Positions 1-11,399 of a stretch of DNA of 34,091 nt are shown one piece after another; the first letter of the stretch is position 1; each line of letters starts with the position of its first letter. The stretch lies in contig NC_057719.1 of assembly GCF_004010195.1 (NCBI RefSeq), forward strand, positions 91,696,512 to 91,730,602, given 5' to 3'. A program made the translations under genes and the position numbers. The DNA comes from Chiloscyllium plagiosum (Eukaryota). The notes under the pieces were generated by a model. It was not told the DNA's origin. It was given only the letters and a program-made list of their open reading frames with translations, and ran no database searches.

Positions 1-1162
1 CAAAGGGATATAGACAGGTTAAATGGGCAAACACTAGGCAGATGGAATATCATGAGGGAAAATGTACTTTCACTGAAAGAATAGAACAGATGAATTATTA
101 TTTGAATGAAGAAAACTGTATCTCAGAGGGATTTGGGAGGCTTTGTGCATGAATCACAAAATGTTAGCATCTAAGTTCAATGGGCAATAGGGAAGGGAAC
201 TGAAATGTTGGCCTTTACTTCAAAAGAAATGGAGTGTAAAAATAATGAGGTATTACTAAAATTATACAAGGTACAGGTCAGATCACAGTTGGAATATCTG
301 AATAGTTTTGGTCCCCCAAGCTAAGGAAAGATATAATAATATTGGAGGCAGTCCAGAGAAGGTTCCACTGGCTCGAGCATGGCTATGGAGGGATATTCTT
401 ATGAGAAGATATTGAGAAGGTTGAACTTGTACCCATTTAGGAGAATGAGGGGAGACCTATTGAAACAGGAGACTCTTATCAATCTTGACAGCGTAGATGA
501 GGCAAGGTTGTTTCCTCTTGAGGGAGTGTGTAGAACCAGGTGGCATAATCTCAGAGTAAGGAGCCACCTATTTAAGACAGAGCGATGAGGAGGAATTCTT
601 TTTTCTCTCAGAGAAACCCTGTAGAATTCATTACTGCAGAGGGGCTGATCAAGCTGGGTGACTAAGTGCAGTCAAGGCTAAGATAGGTAGATTTCAATTA
701 GGCTGAGGGGTGACCTTATAGAAGTCTATAAAATCAATAGATTGGCTATTCACCCTATGTCTTTTTTCTCAGGGTGGGGGGGGGAGCTAAAACTAGAAGG
801 CATAGATTTAAGGCAAGAGGGGAAAGATTTCAAAGGTATCTGAGGGGCATATTTTTATGCAGAGGGCCGCAGGTGTAAGGAATGAGCTGCCAGAGGAAAT
901 GGAGGAGGCTGGTACAAATACAACAATTAAAATGCATCTGGATGGATACATGAATAGGAAGGGTTGAGAGGAATATACAAGTTGGACTTAAGGGTCTATT
1001 TCCATGCTGTACAGCTCTATGACTCGATGACAGTAAGGGAATCAAGGATTTATGAGGATAAGGCAAGAAAGTGGAGTGAAGGATAATCAGATCAAACATG
1101 ATCTCATTAAATGGTCGAGCAGTCTCAAGGGGCTCAGTGACCTACTACTGCTCCTACATCTA
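1..1162 (+). mobile_element. CR1 LINE 3' portion (end of ORF2 + 3' UTR), decayed, interrupted at ~699-1028 by another CR1 3' end
   Basis: Degenerate CR1 ORF2 C-terminus (ORF 379-588 EGYSYEKILRRLNLY...MRGDL...SRTRWH-like). The 3' UTR resumes at ~1030 (agtaagggaatcaagg...ctactgctcctacatct). Confidence 0.85.
700..1025 (+). mobile_element. CR1 LINE 3' end nested in the older CR1
   Basis: Starts aggctgaggggtgaccttatagaag (RLRGDLIEV) and ends in the CR1 tail ctctatgactc; similar to 28118-28329 plus 30685-30870. Confidence 0.85.
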
Positions 1163-1523
1163 ATAGTTTGAAGATGAGAAAGAAAATTGAAGTGGTGTGA
1201 AAACTTGACTTCAACAGCTCTAAGTATAACCTGCACTATATAATTTAAATGTAAGCAAGTATTATTTCCCCAGCATTCCCCCGGGCAATGGGTTTGACTA
1301 GAAATCATAAAATTGGGTTTCCTGCAGAACTGTTGACTGTTGCTTAGCAGAAGTTTCAGAACAAACTAAAATGGCTCAGACTATTGTTCATTTAAGCATT
1401 CATGGTGCGTAACCATTTCAAAAACTTTATGCTAAACCTTGTTTTTTTTTTGCGTTGTGATTGGAGGTTCATGATACCTGAAAGACCAGTAAATCATAAC
1501 CAGAAAAGAATGCCCCCAAGTAA

Positions 1524-1699
1524 CAGATTGAGGAGATGAAAATGCCTGCTGTTTTGATTGCTGGAAGGATCATCCAGAGAGCAAAGGTCAAAAAGACATA
1601 AATCAAGGACAGGGTGTGATTATCTGTGCAAATTATCTCAACAATATCTGTATAAGACTTGGTCAAACATGAACATTTTTTGACCTCTGAAGTTAATTT
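1524..1699 (+). repeat. Arm A of an unclassified ~175-bp inverted repeat
   Basis: Aligns by eye to the reverse complement of 3293-3471 with ~22 mismatches and one 3-nt gap (~85% identity). Confidence 0.9.
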
Positions 1700-1831
1700 A
1701 CTGTGATACAGTACCAGCAATGGGAATTTCATGCATGCATGTCGACAGATGTAAATGCCCTACTTTGACATGAATTGTACCTGTGACGACCAGCTGCTAT
1801 AAATACAGAATTCATTACTACTACTTCTTAT

Positions 1832-1940
1832 ATTTGGATGTTGCTGGCAAGATTGGCAGTCGCACCCACCTCTAATTGCCCTGAGGAATTCCAAAGTCAC
1901 AGCAGCAGTTTGATACAGCTGAGTACCTTGCCACATCAGC
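1832..1940 (-). mobile_element. Short decayed LINE/SINE 3'-tail fragment
   Basis: ggatgttgctggc...cacctctaattgccct resembles 3978-4035 (tail of the APE-RT LINE family). Confidence 0.45.
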
Positions 1941-3292
1941 ACCTCAGGGGAGTCCCATTGATATGATTGAGGTTTGTAGGGTTGTTAAGTGAAAGGTATC
2001 GTACCAAAGCCTAAGTTAAACTGAAGAGGATCATGAGACATGACCTGAACTCTGCTTGATAAGAAGCCTGGGTGATTTTACTGTTGGATGCTCTAGGAGA
2101 TCCAAGATTGTTTTACTGGAAAGAAGGTGCAAGATGTTTACACTAGGAAACAATGGCAGCAGTATGTGTTAACAGTGGATAGACTGTGAGCCTCCATAGT
2201 CCTACAAGTGTCTCAAAATGTAGAATTTCAAACTGTAAACAGCTGTGCCTTATATTATCTAGCTACTTATTTCCCAGGTACAACGTATTAGAATCTCTCA
2301 AATGCTTTATCAGTTTTTTGATTAGGATGTAAGGATCATGTGATACATATTGCCATGGAGATAGGCTTTAAGAGGGGAAAAGTTCAAAATAACTCAGGCC
2401 AGGATCTGGGAAAGAGAGGGAGCAGCCATAGCCAGCAAGATGCTGTGGCTTGACATACCGGAATACAAATGAGAGCTTGCACTCAGACTGTTAAGGTCAA
2501 ATTTACAAGAAGTTAAAACAAAGCTGGAAGATTTGCTTAGCTTCCACGAGAGGAAGGATCTCCAGGGGACAACAAAAATGAAAGACAGTTTTAGGATTAC
2601 AAGTTCCCAGGCTGAAAGAGGAAAAGAATAGAAATAATTCCCTTGGAGCAAAGTATCATTTCAGACTTGTTCCAGGAGAACTGAATGTCCATTCAAAGGA
2701 CAGTGAACATTATAGTACATCTGTGAAAAGTGTTTTTAGTAATGCTAAAAGAATTGTGATTTAAAAGTTTTGTGATTTAAAGTATAAATTGCCTCTAAGA
2801 TAGTATTTGGTCAGAAGTAAAAGTTGTAAAAGCATAAAATTTGCTATTTCACCCTTTCAGCTACAAACTGGAAGTCTGAGTTCCTTTCAGAAGTTATCAG
2901 TCTCTACAGAGATCATAACATATAAGACAAATCAAGGAAAAGGCAGGTTTCCTTCTCTAACGGCAACACTGAAATCATGCTTTCTTTTCCAACAATTCAG
3001 CAATTTCATTCGTTTTCACTAAAAATCAGCCTGTTAGTTTCAAGTTTTCAGAAACCATAGTGAAGTTTGGGAGACACCACAGTTCTTTGGATTATTCGTG
3101 CGTGTTCTTTGATTATTAGTCGGGAACCATCACCATTTCCTGACTGGACTCTTTAGGCTTTTCAGTTACTAAAAACATTGAACTTAGTACTTGCTTCTGG
3201 GAATCTTTCAAAATTTCCACTAAACAATTACCACAACAATTCACTTCCCTTTATGCAAATAACAAGCTTTAGGAAAACAAAATAGGGTCAAA

Positions 3293-3471
3293 AAACTAAC
3301 TTCAGAGGTCAAGAATCTTTCATGTCTGACCAAATCTGATACAAATATTGTTTTTGAGTCAATTTGCACAGATAATCACACCCTTTCCTTGGTTTATGTC
3401 TGTTCAACCGTTGCCCTCTGGATGATCCTTCCAGCAATCAAAACAAAAGATATTTTCATCTCATCAATCTG
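3293..3471 (-). repeat. Arm B of the unclassified inverted repeat
   Basis: Reverse complement of 1524-1699, e.g. ttttgattgctggaaggatcatccagag and agggtgtgattatctgtgcaaatt are shared exactly. Confidence 0.9.
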
Positions 3472-3970
3472 GATTGGACTATACCCAACATCTAGAGACA
3501 AACTTCTTAAAAGGAAATATCTAGCTTTTGCCCAAAATATCACAATCATTAAAACTTCACTAAAGCCATAAAAAAGCATGATAGCAAATCTTGGAGGAGA
3601 GAGGTGGTCATAGCTTAAAACTTTCGCGTAACCATTCTTAAGACATGGTGCTTCCACAGTGACAACAAACTGTTTTAATTATTAAGCTCCTACAGTATGT
3701 GATTATTTTGATCGGAGGATAGACATAAGCTTCTGACCAGATTTATCAAGTTCTTTCTGAATTTTGTAATAATGTCCCTTTGGACTGTGCAGTGCAGGGA
3801 TTTTATTTTGAAGACATCCATACAAAGTATAAGCTTGTTCGTAGGGAAAAAAAAGCAATAAACAGTATAGTGAAGCAAAGAACAGGGTTTGCTCCAATAC
3901 TAAAGAATGCAAAGAGAGAGAGAAATAAGCAGGAGGATCAAATATCGCAAAAAGAGAATTGCTTTTTTGA

Positions 3971-5237
3971 TTCATTTGTGGGACTTGGGCGTCACTGACT
4001 GGCTAGCATTGATAGCCCATCCCTATTTACCCTTGAGAAGGTGGTACTAAGCTGCCTTCTTGAATCGCTGCAGTCCACTTACTGGGAGTTGACCCGCAAT
4101 GTCGGGAGGTAGGGAATTCCAGGATTTTGACCCAACAACTGTGAAGGAATGGTGGTACATTTCCAAGTCCGGATGGCTTAGAGAGGAACTTGCAGGTGGT
4201 GGTGTTCCCAAATACGTGCTGCCCTTGTCCTTCTAGATGGAAGTGGTTGTGGGTTTGGAAGGTGCTAAGGATCTCTGGCTAATTTCTGCAGTGCATCTTG
4301 TAGGTAGTACACTACTGCTGTTGAGCACCGGTGGTGAAGGGATTGAATGTTTGTAGAGGTGGTGCCAATCAAGTGGGTTGCTTTGTCCCGGATAGTGTCA
4401 AGCTTTTTGAGTATTGTTGGAGCTGCACCCATTCAGGCAAGTGGGGAGTATTCCATCACACTCCTGACTTGTACCTTGTAGAAGAGGGATAGATTTTGGG
4501 GTGTCAGGAGATGAGTTACACTCCCCAGTCTCAGACCTCCTCTTGTAGCCACTGTGTTCATGTGGTGAGTCCAGTTGAGCCTCTGGTCAATGGTAACCCC
4601 CAAGGATGTTGGGATTCAGTACTGTTGAATGTCAAGGGATGGTAGTCAGAGTGTCTCTTATTGGTGATGGTCATTGTCTGGAATTTGCGTGGCACGAATG
4701 TTACTTGACACTTGTCAGTCCATGCCTGGATATTGTCCAGATCTTGTTGCATTTGAGCATGGACTGCTTCAGTATCTGAGTCGTCGCGAATGGTGCTGAA
4801 CACTGTGCCATCAGCGGTGAACATCCCCACTTCTGACCTTATGACAGAGGGAAGGTCGTTGATGAACAGCTGAAAATTGTTGGGCCTCAGACACCATCCT
4901 GACTGACTCCTGTAGAGATGCCCTGGAGCTGAGGTGATTGACCTTCAAAAGCCACAACCATCTTCCCTTATGCCAGGTATAACTCTAACCAGCAGAGGGT
5001 CTGACCCCTGATACCCACTGATTCCAGTTTTGCCAGGCTCCTTGATGCCATACTCTTAAATGCAGCCTTGATGTCAAGGGCTGTCACTCTCACCTCACCT
5101 CTGGAATTTAGCTCTTTTGTCCATATCTGAACCAAGGCTGTATTGAGATCAGGAGCCGAGTGACTCTGGCAAAATCCAAACTAGGCATCACTGAGCAGGA
5201 TGTTGTTCAGCAGATGCCGCTTGATAACACTGTTATG
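3971..5237 (-). mobile_element. APE-RT LINE (CR1/L2-group), 3' part: RT C-terminus and tail
   Basis: ORF 4558-4830 (MFTADGTVFSTIRD...MQQDLDNIQAW...QVTF) is a degenerate FADD RT region; tail at ~3971-4035. Confidence 0.85.
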
Positions 5238-5654
5238 CAGAACATAGAATATTACAGCACAGTACAGCCCTTCAGCCTTCGATGGTTCCACAGATCAGCG
5301 TAACAATCTGAAGCCCATCTAACCAACACTATTCCATTTTCATCCACCTAATGACCATTTACCTAATGACCATTTAAATACCCTTAAAATTGGCAAGTCT
5401 ACTGCTGTTGCAGGCAAGACATTCCATGCCCCTACTACTCTGAGTAAAGAAACTATCTCTAACATCTGTCCTACATCTATCAAGCTTCAATTTAAAGCCA
5501 TGTCCCCTCGTGCTAGCCATCACCATCTGAGGAAAGAGGATCTCACTGTCTACCCTATCTAACCCTCTGATTATCTTATATGTCTCAATTAACTCACTTC
5601 TCAACCTTCTTCTAACAAAAACAGCCTCAAGTGCCTCAGCCTTTCTTCATAAGA

Positions 5655-6490
5655 CCTTCCCTCCATTCCAGGCAACATCCTTATAAATCTCCTCTGAACC
5701 TTTCCAAAGCTTCCACATCCTTCCTTTTATGCGGCGACCAGAACTGGACACAATACTCCAAGTGCGGCCGCACTCGAGTTTTGTACAGCTGGAACATGTC
5801 CTCATGGCTCCGGAACCCAATCCCTCTCTCAATAAAAGCTAACACAACGCATGCCTTCTGAACAACCCTATTAACCTGGATGGCAACTTTCAGGGATCTA
5901 TGTACATGGACACCGAGATCCCTCTGCTCATCCACACTACCAAGAATCTTACCATTAGCCCAGTACTCTGCATTCCTGTTGCTCCTTCCAAAGTGAATCA
6001 CCTCCCACTCTGCATTAAACTCCATTTGCCACCTCTCAGCCTAGCTCTGCAGCTTATCTCTGTCCCTCTGTAACCTTCCCTCCATACCAGATAACATCCT
6101 GGTAAATCTCCTCTGAACCCTTTCCAAAGCTTCCACATCCTTCCTATAATGTGGTGACCAGAACTGTACGCAATACTCCAAGTGCGGCTGCACCAGAGTT
6201 TTGTATAGCTGCAGCATGACCTCATGACTCCAAAACTCAAACCTTCGACCAATAAAAGCTAACACACCGTATGCCTTCTTAACAACCCTATCAATCTGGA
6301 TGGCAGCTTTTAGGGATCTATGCACATGGACACTGACATCTCTCTGCTCATCAACATTGCCAAGAATCTTACCATTGGCCCAGTACTCTGCATTCTTGTT
6401 GCTCCTTCCAAAGTGAATCACTTCACACTTTTCCACATTAAACTCCATTTGCTACCTCTCAGCCCAGCTCTGCACCTTATCCCCTGTAAC
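5655..6490 (-). repeat. ~418-bp tandem duplication inside the CR1 ORF2
   Basis: 5655-6073 and 6074-6490 both read ccttccctccat...ctgtaac and give near-identical peptides (ORFs 5681-6025 and 6041-6448). Confidence 0.92.
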
Positions 6491-7397
6491 CAACAAAATC
6501 CTTCAGCACTATCCACAACTCCACCAACCTTAGTGTCATCTGAAAATTTACTAACCCATCCTTCTACGCTCTCCTTCAGCTCATTTATAAAAATGACAAA
6601 CATCAGTGGCCCCAAAACACATCCTTGCAGAACACCACTAGTAACTGAACTCCAGGACAAACATTTCCCATCAACCACCACCCTCTGTCTTCTTTCAGCT
6701 AGCCAATTTCTGATCCAAACCGCTAAATCACCCTCAATCCCATACGTCCATATTTTGTGCAATAGCTTACCATGGGGAACCTTACCAAATGCCTTACTGA
6801 AATCCAGATACACCACAACTGCTTTACCCTCAGCCACGTGGTTGGTCACCTACTCAAAGTACTCAATAAGGTTTTGAGGCACGACTGACCCTTCACAAAA
6901 CAGTGCTGACTATCCCTAATCAAATTATTTCTTTCGAGATAATTATAAATCCACTCTTTTATAACCTTTTCCAACACTTTACCACAACAGAAGTAAGGCT
7001 CGCTGGTCTCCGATTACCAGGGTAGTCTCGACTCCCCTTGAACAAGGGAACAACATTTACTATCCTCAGTCTTCTGGCACTATTCCGGTAGACAATGACG
7101 ACATAAAGATCAAAGCCAATGGCTCGGCAATGTCCTCCCTACCTTTCCAGAGAATCCTAGGATAAATCCCATCCAGCCCAGGGAAATGATCTATTTTTAC
7201 ACTTTCCAGAATTGCTAACACTTCCTCCTTGTGAACCTCAATCCATCTAGTCTAGTAGTCTGTACTGCAGTATTCTCGACAACATTGCCCTTTTCCAGTA
7301 TGAACACTGACAAAAAATATTCATTTAGTGCCTCTCCTATCTCCTCAGACTCCACACACATCTTCCCACTACTATCCTTAATTGGACCTAATCTTAC

Positions 7398-7883
7398 CCG
7401 AAACGTTGATTTTACTGCTCCTCGGATGCTGCCTGAACTGCTGTGCTTTTCCAGCACCACTCTAATCTAGACTCTGGTTTCCAGCATCTGCAGTCATTGT
7501 TTTTACCCAGTTGTTGTTAACCCTACTGCGAATCCTCTTGCAAGGATGCCTGCCTTGAAGAAGTTTTCCTCCTCTCTACAAAAAGTCCTCCTCCCACTGC
7601 AACTCCCAGGTCATTTCCTCTGCCCTGAAGCTCCTGGTGGCCCAACATTTCAACTCCCCCTCCCACTCTGCCGAGGACAAGGAGGTCCTGGGCCTCCTCC
7701 ACCGCCGCTCCCTCACCACCAGACGCCTGGAGGAAGAACGCCTTGGAACACTTCAACCCCAGAGCATCAATGTGGACTTCAACAGTTTCCTCATTTCCCC
7801 TCCCCCCACCTCACCCTAGTTCCAAACTTCCAGCGCACCACTAATCCAGAATCTGGTTTCCAGCATCTGCAGTCATTGTTTTT
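7398..7883 (+). mobile_element. Internally deleted Penelope-like element (pLTR - 5' ORF stub - GIY-YIG C-terminus - partial pLTR)
   Basis: Peptide VAQHFNSPSHSAED.EVLGLLH...RRLEEERLGTLQPQSINVDF. Direct terminal repeat ...tttccagcatctgcagtcattgtttttacc. Flanking duplication acctaatcttac at 7386-7397 and 7884-7895. Confidence 0.88.
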
Positions 7884-8428
7884 ACCTAATCTTACTCTAA
7901 TCATTCTTTTATTCCTGATATACCAAAGAAAGCTTTAGGGTTTTCCTTGATCTTATCTGTCAACGACTTCTCATATCCCCTCCTGACTCTTCTTAGTTCT
8001 CTCTTTAGGTCCTTCCTGGCTAACTTATAACTCTCAAGCACCCTAACTGAGCCTTCATGTTTCATTTTCACGTAAGCCTTCTTTTTCCTCTTGATAAGAA
8101 ATTCAACTTCCTTAATAAACCATGGCTCCCTCACTCAATCACTTTCTGCCTGCCTGACAGGTACATACTTATCAAGGACATGCAGTAGCTGTTCCTTGAC
8201 AAGCTCCACATTTCAATTGTGCCCATCCCCTGCAGTTTCCTTCCCCATCCTATGCTTCCTAAATTTTGCCCAATTGCATCATAATTGCCTTTCCACCAGT
8301 TATAAATCTTACCCTGCAGTATATACCTATTCCTTTCCATTGCTCAAGTAAACATAACAGAATTGTTGTCACTAGCACCAAAGTGCTCACCTACGTCCAA
8401 ATCTAACACCTGGCCGGGTTCATTACCC

Positions 8429-9325
8429 CTGTTGATGACCCTTTCCATCACTTTACTGATGATGGAGAGGAGACTGATTGGGCGAGAATTGACCAGGTTG
8501 GAATTGCCCTTCTTTTTGTGTCCAGGACATAAAGCAATTTCCACACTGTCAGGTAGATGCCAGTGTTGTAACTGTACTGGATCAGCTTGACTTCGGGGGC
8601 AGCAAGTTCTGAAGCACACGTCTTCAGTACTATTGCCGGAATGTTATCAGGGCCCATTGCCTTTGCAGTATCCAGTGCCTCCCGCTGTTTCATGATATGA
8701 TGTAGAGTGAATCAAATTGGCTGGAGACTGGTATCTGTGATTCTGGGGACCACTGGAGGAGCCCGAGACAGATCATCCACTCGGCACTTCTGACTGAAGA
8801 TTGCAGCGAATGCATCAGCCTTATCTTTTGCACTGATGTGCTGGGAGCCTTCTCCTCCCCCAGTGAGTTGTTTAATTGTCCACCACCATTCACAACTGGA
8901 TGTGGAAAGACTGCAGAGCTTAGATCTGGTCCGTTGGTTGTGGGATTGCTTAGCTCTGTCTATCCTGTTTGGCACACAAGCAGTCCTAGCTTCACCAGGC
9001 TGACACCTCATTTTCAGGTGTAAATGATGCTGCTCCTGTCATGCCCTCCTGCACTCTCCATTGAACCACAGTTGATCTCCTGGCTTGATGGTAATGGTTG
9101 AGTGGGGTACATTCCAGGCCACGAGGTTGCAGATTGCGTTGGAGTACAATTCTGCTGCTGTTGATGGCCCACAACATGTCAGGGATACCCAGTGCTGAGC
9201 TGCTAGATATGTTTAAAGTCTGTCCCATTTAGCGCGGTGATAGTGCCACACAACACAATGGAGGTTATTCTCAATGTGAAGGCAGGTCTTTATCTCCACA
9301 AGGATAGTGCGGTGGTCATGTCTAT
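8429..9325 (-). mobile_element. APE-RT LINE, upstream continuation of 3971-5237
   Basis: KAMGPDNIPAIVLKTCASELAAP, RPISLLSIISKVME and VVWHYHRAKWD are LINE ORF2 motifs preceding the RT core; homologous to 20600-21120. Confidence 0.85.
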
Positions 9326-9843
9326 ACAAGATGATGTGTATTTTAATTGTCCAGTCATTGTATTTGCTGATGAGCAAAAGCAATTTTGCTGTGGCCTCAA
9401 TGTCATTCCCCAGGATGGAGCACCCTGAACGTAACTGGGTGGCAACCCGGCTAAAACAGAAACACAAATTATAACGTTGACCTTTCACTCTTACCAGAAC
9501 TATTACTCACAACTAACACTGGAGTAGCAAAGACGTAGGAATAGTTATTAAATCTTACCACTGCATAAGTATGAAATTCACATCTATTGTATTGTGTGAT
9601 TGAAATAAGAAATGTTTTATGACAAGTAAAATTTGAGATTCTATCATTGGATGGATTCCAGGTGCCAGACTTGGCAAAACAGTAGCACTCTCATCCTAGT
9701 CAGAAGTCTGCGAGCACCAAGAGAGTACTACACTGTCAAGAGGTACCACATCTCAGATCAGATATTAAACTGAGGTTCCACCTGCTCTTTCATGAAAATG
9801 TCAAAGCTTCCAGCTCTGTATTCCAGATTGATTGGAGAGATTT

Positions 9844-10028
9844 TGATGAAGGGCTTATGCTGAAAAATGTGTTGCTGGAAAAGCGCAGGTCAGGCAGCAT
9901 TGAAGGAGCAGGAGAATCGACGTTTCGGGCATATGCCCTTCTTCAGGCTTATGCCTGAAATGTTGATTCTCCTGCTTCTCAGATGCTGCCTGACCTGCTG
10001 TGCTTTTCCAGCACCACACTCTCAACAC
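9844..10028. mobile_element. Two nested Penelope pLTR fragments (minus-strand copy inside a plus-strand copy)
   Basis: Plus copy tgatgaagggcttatgc|ctgaaatgttgattctcc is split by an inverted copy (9861-9947); ggcttatgc is repeated at 9852-9860 and 9946-9954. Confidence 0.8.
9919..9946 (-). ncRNA. Minimal hammerhead ribozyme core (Penelope pLTR type)
   Basis: Minus strand reads CTGAAGA-A-GGGC-ATAT-GCCC-GAAAC-GTC; the helix I 5' strand is altered by the insertion junction. Confidence 0.6.
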
Positions 10029-10517
10029 TAGAGAGATTTTCCCTGAAGTTCTGTTTATTCCTCAACCAGCATTACGACAACTTATTGGTTTATTACTGCT
10101 TGTGAATCCTTGTGCACAAGTTGACTGTTATATCTCCCTATATAGCATCCCTACACTGCAATAGTACTTTTGACTGAAATGAGTTGGCACTTCCCGCAGT
10201 ACCATAAATGGCAACAGATAAATGCAAAATTTGATTTACGAATGCCATTAGCTTTTACTTCCATGCTATTTTAAAACTAAGTCATTATAATTAAACACTA
10301 TCGCCTTTGTAGAATTAAAGCATCACCCTCATCCTCCGTCAAAGCACTTGAATGATCAAACAATTTGGCAATACCAGCGGAAAATTGTAAATGTATCACA
10401 ACAGTTAAGTGAGGAATTGAGACTAAAAAACTGCATAAAGCTCTCATGCAATTCCTAGATTAAAAAAGACATTTGACATGAGTTTAATTATTGCAAAGAC
10501 AACATTGATGAGCAAAC

Positions 10518-10598
10518 CTCTTGATTCAAATTCTGAGGAAGCATTTTTGGAGGTCTCTCAACTGTGTTGTCATCTCTCTGGGCTGGTATTGCAGGTAT
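10518..10598 (-). CDS. Probable coding exon 2 of the unidentified minus-strand gene (IPAIPAQRDDNTVERPPKMLPQNLNQE)
   Basis: cag|ATA...GAG|gtttgc, 81 nt, open in phase 0 matching exon 1, in non-repetitive sequence. The polypyrimidine tract is weak. Confidence 0.6.
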
Positions 10599-10787
10599 CT
10601 GTTTGCTTTTGAAAGATATTACATGCCGTTGTTTAAAACTTCTGTCCTTGTAAATAAATGACCCTACTTGCTGTGCAAATGGATTTTTTTTTAAAAACTG
10701 TCCGAAATGGCGTGTTTATAGTTTGAGTGACAAACATTGATTTATCCGTGATTTTGTCGCAGCTGCATTACTACTACAATGGTGTTG

Positions 10788-10979
10788 AAAATGTGTTGCT
10801 GGAAAAGCGCAGCAGGTCAGGCAGCATCCAAGGAACAGGAGAATTGACGTTTCGGGCATAGAAGGGCTTATGCCCGAAACGTCGATTCTCCTGTTCCTTG
10901 GATGCTGCCTGACCTGCTGCGCTTTTCCAGCAACACATTTTCAGCTCTGATCTCCAGCATCTGCAGTCCTCACTTTCTC
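10788..10979. mobile_element. Penelope pLTR insertion with inverted 5' copy (hairpin), 17-bp TSD
   Basis: ctactacaatggtgttg at 10771-10787 and 10980-10996. Arms 10786-10860 and 10869-10943 are complementary with one mismatch. Confidence 0.9.
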
Positions 10980-11399
10980 CTACTACAATGGTGTTGCCTG
11001 ACAAAGGGAGACAGCCAAATTACTAATTCAGGCTTCTCGTTACCACAAACGTTACAACAACCAGTTCAAAAGCTCAGGAAGGGGAATCATAAAATTTCAT
11101 CTGGTTAACCTGTAGGTGTTGCTTTTAGAAGATTAAATGCATGTACAGAGTCTATGTTCAATCATAAAATGAATGGAATAGACCTACTAGCCAGTTCTAT
11201 TGAATATTTGCTGCCAAGGTAAACAACAGACTAGCACTCAGTGATGTGTTACCATCAGCTACCTCTTCAGATGAAAGCAAACAAATCTGATTATTTTGGA
11301 AATGCATACTCATTGTAAACAATAACTATATATCTGCTGTTGTGAATGGAAAATCATTTGCTAACTGGTTCTGCATTCAGAACCCACTAATAATGTGGG

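Larger units (their letters stand above)
5239..8428 (-). mobile_element. CR1 LINE ORF2 + 3' UTR, 5'-truncated, inserted into the APE-RT LINE
   Basis: RT motifs VVYLDFSKAFGKVPH, SGVLQGCVLGP, SKFSDDTK, MEFNVEKCEVIHFG and LEYCVQFWSP. Tail (agaacatagaa) at ~5239; possible TSD ctgtt(g)atg at ~5230 and ~8429. Confidence 0.92.
9680..10230 (+). mobile_element. Decayed DeuSINE (SacSINE1/AmnSINE-like), interrupted at ~9844-10028
   Basis: Resembles the Deu domain (agatattaaactgaggttccacctgctct...ttcctcaaccagcat...ttgtgcacaagttgactg) and an L2-type tail (gataaatgcaa). Confidence 0.65.

Noticed and set aside
1563..1573. GGAAGGATCAT, matching the 18S rRNA 3' end
   Set aside because: 11-nt match only; flanks are not rRNA-like.
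2394..2760. Possible exon or Gypsy gag remnant in the inverted-repeat spacer
   Set aside because: Only vague similarity, stops in the plausible frames, no diagnostic motif.
3690..3998. Overlapping 62-90 aa ORFs as a possible exon 3
   Set aside because: No convincing splice-site pair and no recognisable domain.
5346..5375. 15-bp tandem duplication acctaatgaccattt
   Set aside because: Ordinary slippage inside a dead CR1 3' end.
9340..9460. Good-looking minus-strand acceptor (tttctgttttag) / two-hairpin H/ACA-like segment
   Set aside because: The phase-0 reading stops after 15 codons, there is no clear donor and no proper H box; the GGTTGCCA end resembles the MITE at 31697.
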